A stretch of 64,000 nucleotides of DNA. Origin: Octopus vulgaris. Taxonomy: Eukaryota. Positions 23,861 to 36,315 of this stretch are shown piece after piece. Positions within the stretch are counted from its first letter, which is position 1, and each line of letters opens with the position of its first letter. The stretch spans positions 57,040,001 to 57,104,000 of the forward strand of contig OX597833.1 in assembly GCA_951406725.2 (NCBI GenBank), in the 5' to 3' direction. The notes under the pieces are model-generated. The model did not search any database and was not told the DNA's origin. It was given only the letters and a program-made list of their open reading frames with translations. The position numbers were made by a program, and so were the translations under genes.

Positions 23861-24149
23861 ACACAAGAAATAAGAATGACAGGAATAAACAATTGTTATG
23901 CATTCATTAGCTTGCAGCTGTTTCTGCTATAAAATGCAATGCACTCATAGTTAAGTGCATGAGTATCACCCTACAACTTCATCAGAGCTTCATAACCATT
24001 TAACATCCATACCCCATGATGGCATGTGTTGAATGGTTTGATCAGATCTGATGGACTTTGATCAGATTATGGACAACATCATGCTCCACTGTCTACTCTG
24101 GCATAGTTCCTGTGGTTGGATGCCCTTCCTAATTCCAACTATGATTTTT

Positions 24150-24380
24150 TTTTTCTTTATTGCCCACATGGGGTTAAACAGATGGGACAAACAAGGACAG
24201 ACAAAGGGGTTAAGTCCATTACATCGACCCCAGTGTGTAACTGGTACTTATTTAATCGACCCCGAAAGAATGAAAGGCAAAGTCGACCTCAGCAGATTTA
24301 GAACTCAGAATATAACGGCAGTTGAAATACCGCTAAGCATTTTGCCCGGCATGCTAACAATTCTGCCAGCTCAATAACGA
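24150..24380 (-). mobile_element. SINE family B with an amplified 5' end
   Basis: Reverse-complement family B body running into the 20-bp array. Confidence 0.85.
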
Positions 24381-24891
24381 TTCTGCCAGCTTGCTGACGA
24401 TTCTGCCGGCTCGCTAATGATTCTGCCAGCTCGCTAACGATTCTGCCAGCTCTCTAACGATTCTGCCAGCTCGCTAATGATTCTGCCAACTGGCTAACGA
24501 TTCTGCCAGCTCGCTAACGATTCTACCAGCTGGCTAACGATTCTACCAGCTGGCTAACGATTCTGCCATTTCACTGATGATTCTGCCAGCTTGCTAATGA
24601 TTCTGCCAGCTCGCTAACGATTCTGCCAGCTCGCTAACGATTCTGCCAGCTTGATAAGGATTCTGCCAGCTCGCTAACGATACTGCCAGCTCGATAAGGA
24701 TTCTGCCAGCTCGCTAACGATTCTGCCAGCTCATTAACGATTCTGCCAGCCCGCTAACGATTCTGCCAGCTCGATAAGGATTCTGTCAGCTCGATAAGGA
24801 TTCTGCCAGCTCGATAAGGATTCTGCCAGCTCGCTAATGATTCTACCAGCTCGCTAATGATTCTGCCAGCTCATTAACGATTCTGCAAGCT
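24353..24891. repeat. 20-bp minisatellite (TTCTGCCAGCTCGCTAACGA), ~27 copies
   Basis: Exactly three units per 60-nt line over nine lines. Confidence 0.97.
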
Positions 24892-25159
24892 CTATGATTT
24901 AAGGCAGACCTGTCTCTTGAGTCTGTTGGACTTAAATGATCCATTGGAAAGTCAAACAGTTGTCTCTATTTATCACACTTTTGCACAAGTTAAATATTGA
25001 TCGATTGATTGATTGGCATATCAAGAAAACGGCTGTGGCTCATTGATAAAGCTTCTAGATTGATTACCGTCTCGAGTCTTGTATCGTTTTTTTTCTTTTT
25101 CTTTCTTTTTTTAAATTTTGAATACAGGAAAACTTAGATAAATATTGCTGCCATCCTGA

Positions 25160-25530
25160 CCAACAACCACCATGACCACTACCGCTATACCAGCACCACC
25201 ACCACCACCACCATCACTGCCATCACCGCTACCGTCACTATGACAGTAACAACATCCACCACCACCACCACCACCACCTTCATTACTATAGTTGTCTTTA
25301 TCATCATTATCATCATCATCATCACAATTATCACTACCTCCATAACCACCACCACCACTACTATAGTCACCAAGATCACCATCACTATTGCCAACGTTAC
25401 TACAGTTATCATCATCATCATCATCATTATTGTCGACATTGTCCTTTCCATTGTCAGGATTATCCTCATCACAGCTACCACTATCAACGTCACTCTTATC
25501 ACCATCATCATCATCATCATCACTGTTATC
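25160..25530. repeat. Degenerate (ACC/ATC/ACT)n trinucleotide tract
   Basis: Low-complexity triplet repeat, open in several frames. Confidence 0.9.
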
Positions 25531-25818
25531 AACCAAAGCCTTGTGAATAAATTTAGTGGACAGAAACTGAAAGAAGCCCATTGTGTGTGTGTATGTATGT
25601 GTGTGGTGAATAAATAATACCAACAATTTTCCAGTATTTTCTGTTTTGTTTTACAATAACTCTGAAAATAATGTTTCCATAGTTCTCAGTTTTAATACGT
25701 GTTTTGAACTAGCATACAGCAGCAACTGAGACTACATAAACGGATTGTAATGATGGAATAAGCAGATGTGCTTCAAGAGGAAACATCTGCGATTTACCCT
25801 AAACACTTACACAATATA

Positions 25819-25856
<38 letters not shown>

Positions 25857-25858
<2 letters not shown>

Positions 25859-26208
25859 GGCGCAGGAGTGGCTGTGTGGTAAGTAGCTTGCTTACCAACC
25901 ACATGGTTCCGGGTTCAGTCCCACTGCGTGGCACCTTGGGCAAGTGTCTTCTGCTATAGCCGCGGGCCGACCAATGCCTTGTGAGTGGATTTGGTAGACA
26001 GAAACTGAAAGAAGCCTGTCGTATATATGTATATATATATGTATGTATGTGTATGTGTTTCTGTGTTTGTCTCCCTAGCATTGCTTGACAACCGATGCTG
26101 GTGTGTTTACGTCCCCGTCACTTAGCGGTTCGGCAAAAGAGACCGATAGAATAAGTACTGGGCTTACAGTACTTATTTGCTCGACTAAAGGCAGTGCTCC
26201 AGCATGGC
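25857..26208 (+). mobile_element. SINE family A
   Basis: Near-full-length copy with intact A and B boxes. Confidence 0.92.
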
Positions 26209-26539
26209 CGCAGTCAAATGACTGAAACAAGTAAAATAGTAAAAGAGTATATATATATATATGATGATATATATGTATGAATATAAAAATGAAAAGGGAT
26301 TAATAAGGGATTAGTAATCCAGGCAAAATACTTCATAAGCTCTCCGTAGATAAAGATGTACTAAACTAACAAATGTGTCTTGTGATTGATGTGGGAATCT
26401 ATGTAATCTGAACTCAAACCTTGTCACCAGTCAGATTTCTAAATCTGTGGTCTAGTTACCAAGTCAAATTGGTATGTTGCTATGGAGAGTTAAAGAAAAT
26501 ACAGACCGATTAAATGTATGGAATCCATGATCTGTGCAT

Positions 26540-26579
<40 letters not shown>

Positions 26580-28453
26580 TAAGTATGTGTATGTTTGTGT
26601 CTCCTTGGCGTTATATGAAAGCAGTAAATGAATGTCAGTGAGAAAGGATCTTCTGGTATTGGGCTTCATGGAAGAGATGACAAGGTATTGAGACTCCTGG
26701 GGTTTGCTGTGCTCGAGTAGACATGTGAAGATAAGTAAAACTGTGGGCTGTCCATACATTCGGGTATGTTCTCTTTGTCCCTCTCTCTGCCGAGAGGTTC
26801 TTCCCTTGAGGGCATAGGGGTGCTGGTGCCACATAAAGACGCCCATGCTGGTACCATGTAAAAGCATCCATGCTGGTGCTACATAAAAGCTCCCATACCG
26901 ATGCCATATAAAAGCACTTCTCTTTGTCCCTCTTTCAGCCGAGAGGTCCTTCCCTTGAGGGCATAGGGGTGCTGGTGCCACATAAAGACGCCCATGCTGG
27001 TACCATGTAAAAGCACCTAGGCTGGTGTCACATAAAAGTGCCTGTACCAGTCATCATTATCATTATTTAACTTCTGTTTTCCATGGGTTGGATGGTTTCA
27101 CTGGGGGACTGGCAAGCCAGAAGGCTGCGCCAGGCTCCAATCTGATCTGGCAAGGTTTCTACAGCTGGATGCCCTTCCTAATGCCAACCACTCTGAGAGT
27201 GTATTGGGTGCTTTTTACGTGTCACTGGCATGGGAGCCAGTCAGGTGGCACTGGCATCAACCACATTCAGATGGTGCTTTTTATGTGCCACTGGCACAGT
27301 AGCCAGTCAGGTTGTGGGGACTGGCATCAACCACATTTGAATGGTGCTATTTATGTTCCACCATCACGGGGAGCCAGTCAGGTGGCACTGGCATCAACCC
27401 ATACTTGAATGGTGCTTATTACATGCAACCAGGACAGCTGCCAGTCAGGCGGCACTGGCATCGGCCACAATTACAATTTCCATTTTAATTTCAATCTTGA
27501 TTTGCTTTTGATTTTACTTGACTCAATAAGTCTTCTCAAGCGCAGCGTATCACCTGGTGATTCAAGGGTACTTTTAAAATGGGCTGGTTATGCGACACTG
27601 GCATTGGCTACAGCTGTGATGTCATGTAAAAAGCACCCGGTACACTTTGTAAAGTGGTTGGCATTAGAAAGGGCATCAAGCTGTAGAAACCATGCCAAAA
27701 TAGACAATTGGCACCTGGGCAGCTCCGTAGCTGGTCAATTCTCATCAAACCATCCCCCCCATGCCGGCATGGAAAGCTGACATTAAAGGATGATGATGAT
27801 TGTCATATAAGCAGTTTCATTCATTTCCAATATTCTGTAAAGACATGTCAAACTGTGGAGAAACATTATCCTGCTTGGAAACAAGTGGAGGTTGGCAACA
27901 GGAGGGGGGCATCTGACCATAGAAAATCTTCCTCAGTAAACTCCATCTGACCCATGCAAGAATGGGAAAATGTATGTTAAAACGATGATGATGATAATTT
28001 CTTGGATGGCATGGTTCGCTCTATGCTATACCTCAAACTGGATGTCAAGGCTGGAATGGCTTTGAATGTAACCCTGCACAGTCATCATCATCATCATCAT
28101 CACCGTCATCATTGTCATCATCTTTGTAGTTGTCATTTTTATCATCATCATTACTATCATTGATATCTCCCTTCCAACACCAACAACAACACCATGATGA
28201 GTTAACAAGGTAGCCTCTTAATGGTGGTGCAGCATGCTAGAAATAGCAGTATCTAAAATCTAGCAAATAGCAAGTTCTGCAGCCTTAAAAGAAGGCAGAT
28301 ATATTTGATAATAACTGATATATACTGTCAGCAGAAAATGTCATGGTCATGGCTGGTATGTCGTTTATGATAGGTGTGCTCAGTCAGGGCTAGCCTAGGG
28401 CTAAATAGCCTCCACCACCACGGAATGATATACAACAAACTATATATATATAC

Positions 28454-28859
28454 TCTTTTACTCTTTTACTTGTTTCAGTCATTTGACTGCGGCCATGCTG
28501 GAGCACCGCCTTTAATCGAGCAACTCGACCCCGGCATTTATTCTTTTGTAAGCCCAGTACTTATTCTATCGGTCTCTTTTGCCGAACCGCTAAGTAACGG
28601 GGACATAAACACACCAGCATCGGTTGTCAAGCAATGCTAGGGGGACAAACACAGACACACAAACATACACGCACACATATATATACATATATACGACGGG
28701 CTTCTTTCAGTTTCCGGCTACCAAATCCACTCACAAGGCTTTGGTCAGCCCGAGGCTATAGTAGAAGACACTTGCCCAAGGTGCCACGCAGTGGGACTGA
28801 ACCCGGAACCATGTGGCTGGTAAACAAGCTACTTACCACACAGCCACTCCTGCGCCTAT
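28454..28859 (-). mobile_element. SINE family A
   Basis: Full-length copy in a (TA)n tract. Confidence 0.92.
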
Positions 28860-29114
28860 ATATATATGTTTTATGTATTTTTTATTTATTTTATTTTTTG
28901 CTTTTAGAATTTATCTTAGAAAATGATAGGAAAAATAAATCGTGTTGAAATGCATAGAAATTGCTGTATTCACCAAATCATTGCGATTCTGAGACAACAC
29001 TTTAATGAATGAAATGGGGAAAAAAAACCGATGTCTTATGTGTTTTGAATAATTTTAAGCATTAATTTCTATTCAAAACAAGTCACCGGTGAAATGATTC
29101 AAAGGAAAATATCA

Positions 29115-29147
<33 letters not shown>

Positions 29148-29368
29148 CTTTCATTTTACTTTATTATTTTCTTTTCTTAACTATCAGATTTTTCCTGTAA
29201 ACACAGACTGTTTATTTAATGTAAAATATAAATGTCTTTGAGGTCTACTTGCGTTTCTCAAAAAATAGATAAGTAGTCAGCATTTTGTGAACCCAAACTT
29301 GGTGACTCTGCTAAGGTAATATTTACAGCACCAGTCCTAGCAGAGAAGCATCCCTTGAATTTCTTGTC

Positions 29369-29399
<31 letters not shown>

Positions 29400-30558
29400 T
29401 GTTTAGCGTCCGCTTTCCATGCTAGCATGGGTTGGACGGTTCAACTGGGGTCTGGGAAGCCAGAAGGCTGCACCAGGCCCAGTCTGATCTGGCAGTGTTT
29501 CTACGGCTGGATGCCCTTCCAAACGCCAACCACTCCATGAGTGTAGTGGGTGCTTTTTACGTGCCAGTGGCACAGGTGCCAGCTAGGCTGGCAAACGGCC
29601 ACGATCGGATGGTGATTTTTACGTGCCACCGGCACGAGGCCAGTTGGGGCAGCGCTGGCAACGGCCACGTTTGGATGGTTCTCTTACATACCACCGGCAC
29701 TGGTATCACAGCTGCAATTTCCATTGATGTTGGTTGGAAACCCATTCTCTTATATTGGTTTCAAATTTTGGGGAGAAGATATGTCGATTACATTGACCTC
29801 CCCACCGAGTCTTCAAGTGGTACTTATTTTTTCAACCCCGAAAGGATGAAAGGCAAAGTCAACCCTGGCAGAATTTGAACTGAGAGCATAAAGAAGGGTG
29901 AAAAACCCCTTAGCATTTTGCCTGGCATGCTAATGATACTGACTGCCAGCTTGCTCCCTTAACACATTCTCTCATATTGGCGTCAAATTTTGGCACAAGG
30001 CCAGCAATTTCAGTAAGGGAACAAGTCGAATACATGAACACCCAATTCCTTAATTGCTACTTATTTTATCAACCCCAAAAAGGGTGAAATGCAAAACATC
30101 CACTTCGGCAGAACTTGAATTCAGAGCACAGAGACAGGCGAAATGATGCTAGGCAAATTGCCTGGTGTGCTAATGATTCTGCCAGCTTGCTGCCTTAACC
30201 CATTGTTTCACATTGCCAGGACCTCTCTGTGTGTGAAAAACATGAAACAAGGAGCCAATGTGGGAAACCTGTATGTGGTGTTGCTCAGTCTGCAAGATTT
30301 TGGTGCATACACTTCTTTGGTAACCAGTCATCGTAGCACTCCGTCGGTGATGATGACAAGGGTTCCAGTTGATCCGATCAACGGAACAGCCTGCTTGTGC
30401 ACACAATCCATTCCTCTTAAGTCACCGTAGAAAATGTGGATTTACTGTTCATGTTTCATAGCCATGTACTGTCGCTCTTTTTTATGATATATATATTCTT
30501 TTATTCTTTTACTCATTTCAGTCATGCAGCTGTGGTCATGCTGGAGCACCACCACACA

Positions 30559-30606
<48 letters not shown>

Positions 30607-30607
<1 letters not shown>

Positions 30608-30992
30608 TCTCTTACTTGTTTCAGTCTTGTGACTGTGGCCATGCTGGAGCACCGCCTTTAGTCAAGCAAATGATCCCAGGACTTATTCTTTGGAAGCCTA
30701 GTACTTATTCTATCGGTCTCTTTTGCCGAACTGCTAAGTTACGGGGACGTAAACACACCGGCATCGGTTGTCAAGTGATGTTGGGGGGACAAACACATAC
30801 ACACGCATACATATATATATACATATATATATACGACGGGCTTCTTTCAGTTTCTGTCTACCAAATCCACTCACAAGGCTTTGGTCAACCCGAGGCTATA
30901 GTAGAAGTCACTTGGCCAAGGTGCCATGCAGTGGGACTGAAACCGGAACCATGTGGTTGGTAAGCAAGCTACTTACCACACAGCCACTCCTA
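30607..30992 (-). mobile_element. SINE family A
   Basis: Full-length copy in a (TA)n tract. Confidence 0.9.
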
Positions 30993-31821
30993 CATATATA
31001 TATATAAGGCAACTGCCTCGATACTGTTAGGTTGTTGTTTTCTATTTAACTAAACCCTTGCACTTAACAATTCTAACTTCTACTAATCCTTTAGCTTCGA
31101 TCCTTCTTTGCCAAGTTTCAAAATACTGTGGGTTTGCTTGTTTTTTTCTTTTCAGATTCTTTATAATCTACTTAGCCAAGGGAATAATTAACTTGTCTTC
31201 TTGAACTTGATAAAATTCAATATTTCTGAAAATAGTCTTTTAAAGCCCTGCTAAATCTTTCCTTCTCTTCATTACATTACATTAATGGTTTTATTTACTA
31301 TTTTTTTTGCTTGATTTTTCGCTGTTATATTGTAACATTTCTCTTCTTCCATTAGGCGACCACTTTTGTTTAATTCAGCTTGATCTGGCTCAAAACATCC
31401 CATTCATTCGTTCAGGCAACAACTTCTCTTAGTAATATTTCCCTACTTGTTTCTTTGCATTAAGTGCAATAACATCCAAAATAATTTCAGACACGACTTC
31501 CCAACCATTATGGCATCAAAGCAAAATGCAAATTGGTGGGAATCTATGAATGGCAAGATAAAATTTGGAGAGATATTTACAGATAAGCAATAAGCATAAT
31601 GTTAAATTTTGATTACAGGTTAAGCAAAAGGATATCATTTGATCTCAGTTAACAGCAAAACAATTTACTTTAGTTGCATTTAATAGCAAAATGATCTTCT
31701 CCAGTTGTAAATAAGGCAAAATGTATTTCCTTTGTGATTAAGGCAAAATTGTGTATTCTTGTTGCTGTTAAACCTTTTGTTACCATATTTCTGTTGAAAT
31801 ACACTCCCTTTGTTTCAGTTA

Positions 31822-32334
31822 CCGTAAATCCTTGAGTATAATCTGCATTTTCCCCCCAAAATTTAAAGGTCAAAATCCCTAGTGCATACTATATACGAGG
31901 TTAAAAATGAAAATTATTTTCTAAGCAATGTCTGAGTCTCTATTTGCTGTCCGGCAATGTTTATTCAGACACATTTTGTGATGTCGGGCACGAAAATACC
32001 TTAAGCTAAGCCTGAAAGCAATGAGGAATCATCTATAACTTGTGGCAAGCAACATTTATTAAAATAAAAGTATTCGGAACACAGAATAATATGTAACAAA
32101 AACAATTTGCAAACATATTTACATTCCCATATAACAGTTAAGAACATCACCATTATTGTATTACGCATGCATGGAAGTGTTTGTTCGACTAGGTGCTGCT
32201 GGCTTAATTACACACGACTCAATTTAGACAAGGGGTGCATATTATACACAAGGTTTAGGTTTTTCAGAGGTACAACCCCCTAAAAATCCCCTGCGTATTA
32301 TACTCAAGGGCAGACTATACTCGAGGATATACGG
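31822..32334. mobile_element. pogo/Tigger-like (Tc1-mariner superfamily) MITE
   Basis: TA|CCGTAAATCCTTGAGTATAATCTGC ... GCAGACTATACTCGAGGATATACGG|TA: imperfect ~25-bp TIRs, TA TSD and subterminal repeats. Confidence 0.8.
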
Positions 32335-33017
32335 TAATTATGAAATTAATAAAGATTTTTAGTATAATAACTTTGCCCTTAATAAACTGGTGCTGGGAAC
32401 ACAAATAAACATGAAATTTCGAGTAAAGGTTTTAATTTTGATCACTTTAAGACAGGAATTTTGTATCAAAGAACCAGGATTGGTGTCTGGTAGGTTGATA
32501 ACAAAAGAGATAAAACAAAAGGGTTCACTCTGGTTAAAGTTAACGCAAAGGCATTGGAAAATATTTTTGTCCATTATATATTATAAGATGAAATTTTATA
32601 CAGATGAAGCAAAAATTAAATAAAAAGAAATGTTGTTACAATGTTATGTATCGTTAACACACATATATATATATACAGTGATATGTAAGGGAAATTAAAT
32701 AGATATCTTATAGCCAGGCCATAGAAATAGCAGGAGTGTCTGATATTTTTACCAAATATAGACATAATGCATTCACACAGCATGTCTTATATATTTATCT
32801 GTGGGACTCTCTGCATATTTGTTGATAGATGTAGATGTGTGTAAGTGTGAACTGCAGTATGTTTTTTATTTTTATTTGTTTTTATGTGTCTGTTTATGAG
32901 TGAGTCTATATATCTTTATATAGATGGATGCCCGATTATTTATGTATGTATGGATTTTTGTGAATATATATATATTTGGATGAGTGCAGATGGTGCTTGT
33001 AGATATTTATGCTGGTG

Positions 33018-33059
<42 letters not shown>

Positions 33060-34217
33060 GATGTGTGTGCAAGCAACAAGTCCAGTCTTAAGTGCTCATA
33101 AATCAAAGAGTGGTTTATTTAAATGCAGCCAAAGGGAGATATATGAATCTTTCTATCCCATCATTTACCATGACCCACAGAATTACAGTTTTATGTAGCA
33201 CTGATAAAGTATATTATAGGCTTTCTGAATAATTCCAAACTGGCAAGACAGGCATTTTTCAGGTAAATGTTAAAGAAACGTAAACATTGGTCTTTATAGA
33301 ACAGGAAGAAAGCATTAATCATTAGTATTTCTTCCAGACATGTCTGTGAGTTTAAGACGATTATCGATTAGGTTGAAATCTTCAGAATCCCTTCCTCCCA
33401 AAACCAACCCTACTTTTCTCTAATAATGTATTGATTTTTATTTTATTTTATTTTATTTTATTTTATTTTATTTCATTTATTTTTGTGTGTGTTGACCAGA
33501 CACAAGGCCAGTTTTGTAAGTGTATGTTTGATTATAATTAAAATGAACCAAGTACATTACTGTTATTGAAGAGTGTAAAGCAAAGCCGATTCTCTGCGGG
33601 ATTGGTATGTAGAATGTAGCAGGATCACATGTAAAATGACAATAATTACAACCATAACCCCTAAATAACTCTTTCCTTTCATAAAAGCTCAATGTTTATG
33701 AGTTACCCAGTTTTATTTTTTTTATTTGTATTTCACATCTATTTTCATGCTAGCATGGGTATGATGGGTTTGCAATTTCCTAGAACAAATTATTTTCATT
33801 CTTTTTAGTTTCCTTTTTTTTTTTTTTCTTTCCTATAGGATATTTAAAAAATTTTCTTATACCAGTCATTTTATCATGAAATGAAACTGCTATCAGTTTT
33901 TTTTTTTTTTAAACTGCTGGTGCCTGTTTGGAGCTGTTAATATTTGGTAGCATTTTTCACTCCACCTGACTAGATTGCAATCTAGTTTTGGCAGTTAGAT
34001 TATTTAGATAGATTTGGAGTTTGTTTTTCAGTCAATTAAACTATGCTAATGACCTACATCCGATGTATGTATATCATTACCTTTTTTTAGCAACAGATAT
34101 TTTCTGATGAATTCCATAACTGTTTAAACAAACTCTAGCTTACAGGAGCAATTTTTTTGTTATCTGTGTGGTATCTGAAGAAAAAGTAGAGCTACTGCTC
34201 CATCTTCAAAATATGTA

Positions 34218-34748
34218 AACCCATTAGCATTTAAACTGGCCATGTCAAGCCAAAATGTTCTACTTGTTTTATTATGTTCAAGCTGGCCAAATCCAGCCTC
34301 TCACACTTATCATGCAATGTCATTCTAAAAATAAACAGTCACATCATCAAAATCCCAAAGCCATGAGATAATACAGGATCAAGTCAAAGCAATGCGAATG
34401 AAGCATTATCTTTAAATATAAAACTGAAGTTGTGTGTGTGTCTGTCTACTCCGATTTAGATTCCTAACTACTCCCACATTTTGCGGTGCAGTTTAACCAA
34501 AACCGGGTATCTTATAGTCGTGATTCATTTCGAGCCCTTCTGGGTATTAGCACGTGTCAACGATGAGTCTATGATTTAAAAAAAAATTTACTGTCATTTC
34601 TCCGCATTTTTAATGCATTTTTTGCTCGGTTTATATAAGGGAAGTAACTCTCTAAAAATGCTTATATAGTTATTTTCCTTACAAACCCAAGCAACGCCGG
34701 GCGATACTGCTAGTATTTGATACAATAATATGAATGCCGAAGGGTTAA
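34218..34748. mobile_element. piggyBac-like MITE containing a Helitron insertion
   Basis: Ends AAACCCATTAGCATTT ... GAATGCCGAAGGGTTAA. Confidence 0.55.
34409..34713 (+). mobile_element. Non-autonomous Helitron
   Basis: A|TC 5' end, subterminal hairpin CCCAAGCAACGCCGGG and CTAG|T 3' end, inserted at AT with no TSD. Termini are shared with 49639-50167 and 62865-63256. Confidence 0.8.
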
Positions 34749-34863
34749 ACGTTTAATGTTTCCAACACTTGGATTCTAAAAAACACTTTGAAGTTTCAGA
34801 GTTTGGATGCTTGTAGATATTTAGCTCAGTCTTGCTGGAAGATTTAAATAGGAGGAAACAAGA

Positions 34864-36315
34864 CTATAAAACAGCAGAGACAGCAGTTCCACTTACTCTG
34901 TGGATGTTGTGGCTATTAGGTGGTCTGCTTCTGTTGGGATCTTCAGGACCATTTAATTTTTGTTCCATGAAGGAAGATGTTTCACTCGACGTGTCATCAA
35001 TATAGCGCAAGTCATCAATACTTTCATACACAGGGTACTGAGTGTTGGAGGAATGCGTCTCTATGGAGCTTTGACTGCTGGAGCTGTTATTTTTGAGTAT
35101 GCCTTTAGAATGGCACTTTGCAGACATCTGTGAGATTCGATTAAATTGAGTTCGGATTGGCGTTGTACTGGAATATGTGCTATTTGTTAGCCCAGGGGCT
35201 TTTGATGTCATCAGGGAAGTGACATCAGCATATCTCATCTCTGGTTCTCGGGTTGTTGAAGAACCATGAAGACTGAGTAAAGTAGAGTTACTGCTGTATT
35301 TTGGTTCAAATATTGGCGTGGAAATATCTGCAGGAGTAATCTTTGTAGTGGTATAGTTGCTCAAATTGGTTGTTAGAGGTTTTTGCGTGATGAGAGGGCT
35401 TGAAAACGACACCATTGATGAACTACTATTGTTCTGAGCTGGTGAAGAACGTATGCTGGTTGCTGGGCTTTTGTACGTTGGGATTCTTTGAGCTGTGGCA
35501 TAATGAGGTTGGGCATGCATTGCTATGTATTTTGGAGGATTAGAAGGGCTGTTGTTTAAATTATTCCTCTGTTGGCTGGTTTTGAGTGTTTTGTATGGTG
35601 ATGATTGTGGAAAACGGTTTTCGGATGAGAAATGCGGATTGGTTAGGACTTTGCTGTAACAGGCTGTTGTTGTAGGTAACTCCTTAGTTTGAGAGGTACT
35701 TTGGACATAGATGTCTTCATCTGCTGGGTTTATTTCATCTGACAAATCCACATTGAATTGTGTTTCTGTAATTTGTGGAATGGGCATGAAGGTTGACTTA
35801 CTCCGGCGGAAAGTATTTGGAGGATCCCGTGTAAAATCCGAAATGTCTCCAAGAAGCTTTTCTGAACTTTTATTTGTCTCTTCCTCCTCCTCTTCTTCCA
35901 TTTCCTCATCATGACTGTCAGGTCGACTGAAATCAAAATGAAGTGTCTGACTGTTAGTCTTAGGTCTTGGCGGTTTGATGCCACAAGAGACCAACTCCAG
36001 GTCTTTGTCAATGGTCTTTTCTGATTTTGTGATTGCTGTTTTGCGTTCAACCTGCCGCGTTCCGAGTTTAGGAAAGCTGAAGGTCTTTGCTGACAATAGT
36101 GGCCGGTTCCATACCAGCCGTCTATTTTCATGGTAACGTTCCGATGACTTTAACAATCCAAAATTAGGCAAGCACGATGATCTTTTCGGAGACTGAAGTT
36201 TTAAGTCTTCCATGCAGCAGGGCATGGCGCATGGATGACCAGAGGCCTCATGGTGGCTCTTCTGAGGTGTCCGACAGCAGTGTGTTTGGTGATGGCTTTC
36301 TCCAGGTTTCTGATG
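34864..36315 (-). CDS. Large 3'-terminal coding exon (483 codons plus stop) of an unidentified host gene; Ser/Thr/Pro/Asn-rich, probably disordered cytoplasmic tail
   Basis: Acceptor GTTTATTGTATTTTTTAG| at 36316/36315, phase 0, extends the 453-aa ORF by HQKPGESHHQTHCCRTPQKSHHEASGHPCA. 1.45 kb of open, repeat-free frame ending ...VSGTAVSAVL*. Confidence 0.85.
   Translation of the reverse strand, partial: HQKPGESHHQTHCCRTPQKSHHEASGHPCAMPCCMEDLKLQSPKRSSCLPNFGLLKSSERYHENRRLVWNRPLLSAKTFSFPKLGTRQVERKTAITKSEKTIDKDLELVSCGIKPPRPKTNSQTLHFDFSRPDSHDEEMEEEEEEETNKSSEKLLGDISDFTRDPPNTFRRSKSTFMPIPQITETQFNVDLSDEINPADEDIYVQSTSQTKELPTTTACYSKVLTNPHFSSENRFPQSSPYKTLKTSQQRNNLNNSPSNPPKYIAMHAQPHYATAQRIPTYKSPATSIRSSPAQNNSSSSMVSFSSPLITQKPLTTNLSNYTTTKITPADISTPIFEPKYSSNSTLLSLHGSSTTREPEMRYADVTSLMTSKAPGLTNSTYSSTTPIRTQFNRISQMSAKCHSKGILKNNSSSSQSSIETHSSNTQYPVYESIDDLRYIDDTSSETSSFMEQKLNGPEDPNRSRPPNSHNIHRVSGTAVSAVL

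Noticed and set aside
25111-25626. 171-aa Asp/Gly-rich ORF
   Set aside because: Trinucleotide low-complexity tract open in several frames and fused to SINE sequence; no splice or homology support.
33967-33990. TGACTAGAT (miR-279-family seed) palindrome
   Set aside because: Only an 18-bp local palindrome; no pre-miRNA-sized complementary arm.
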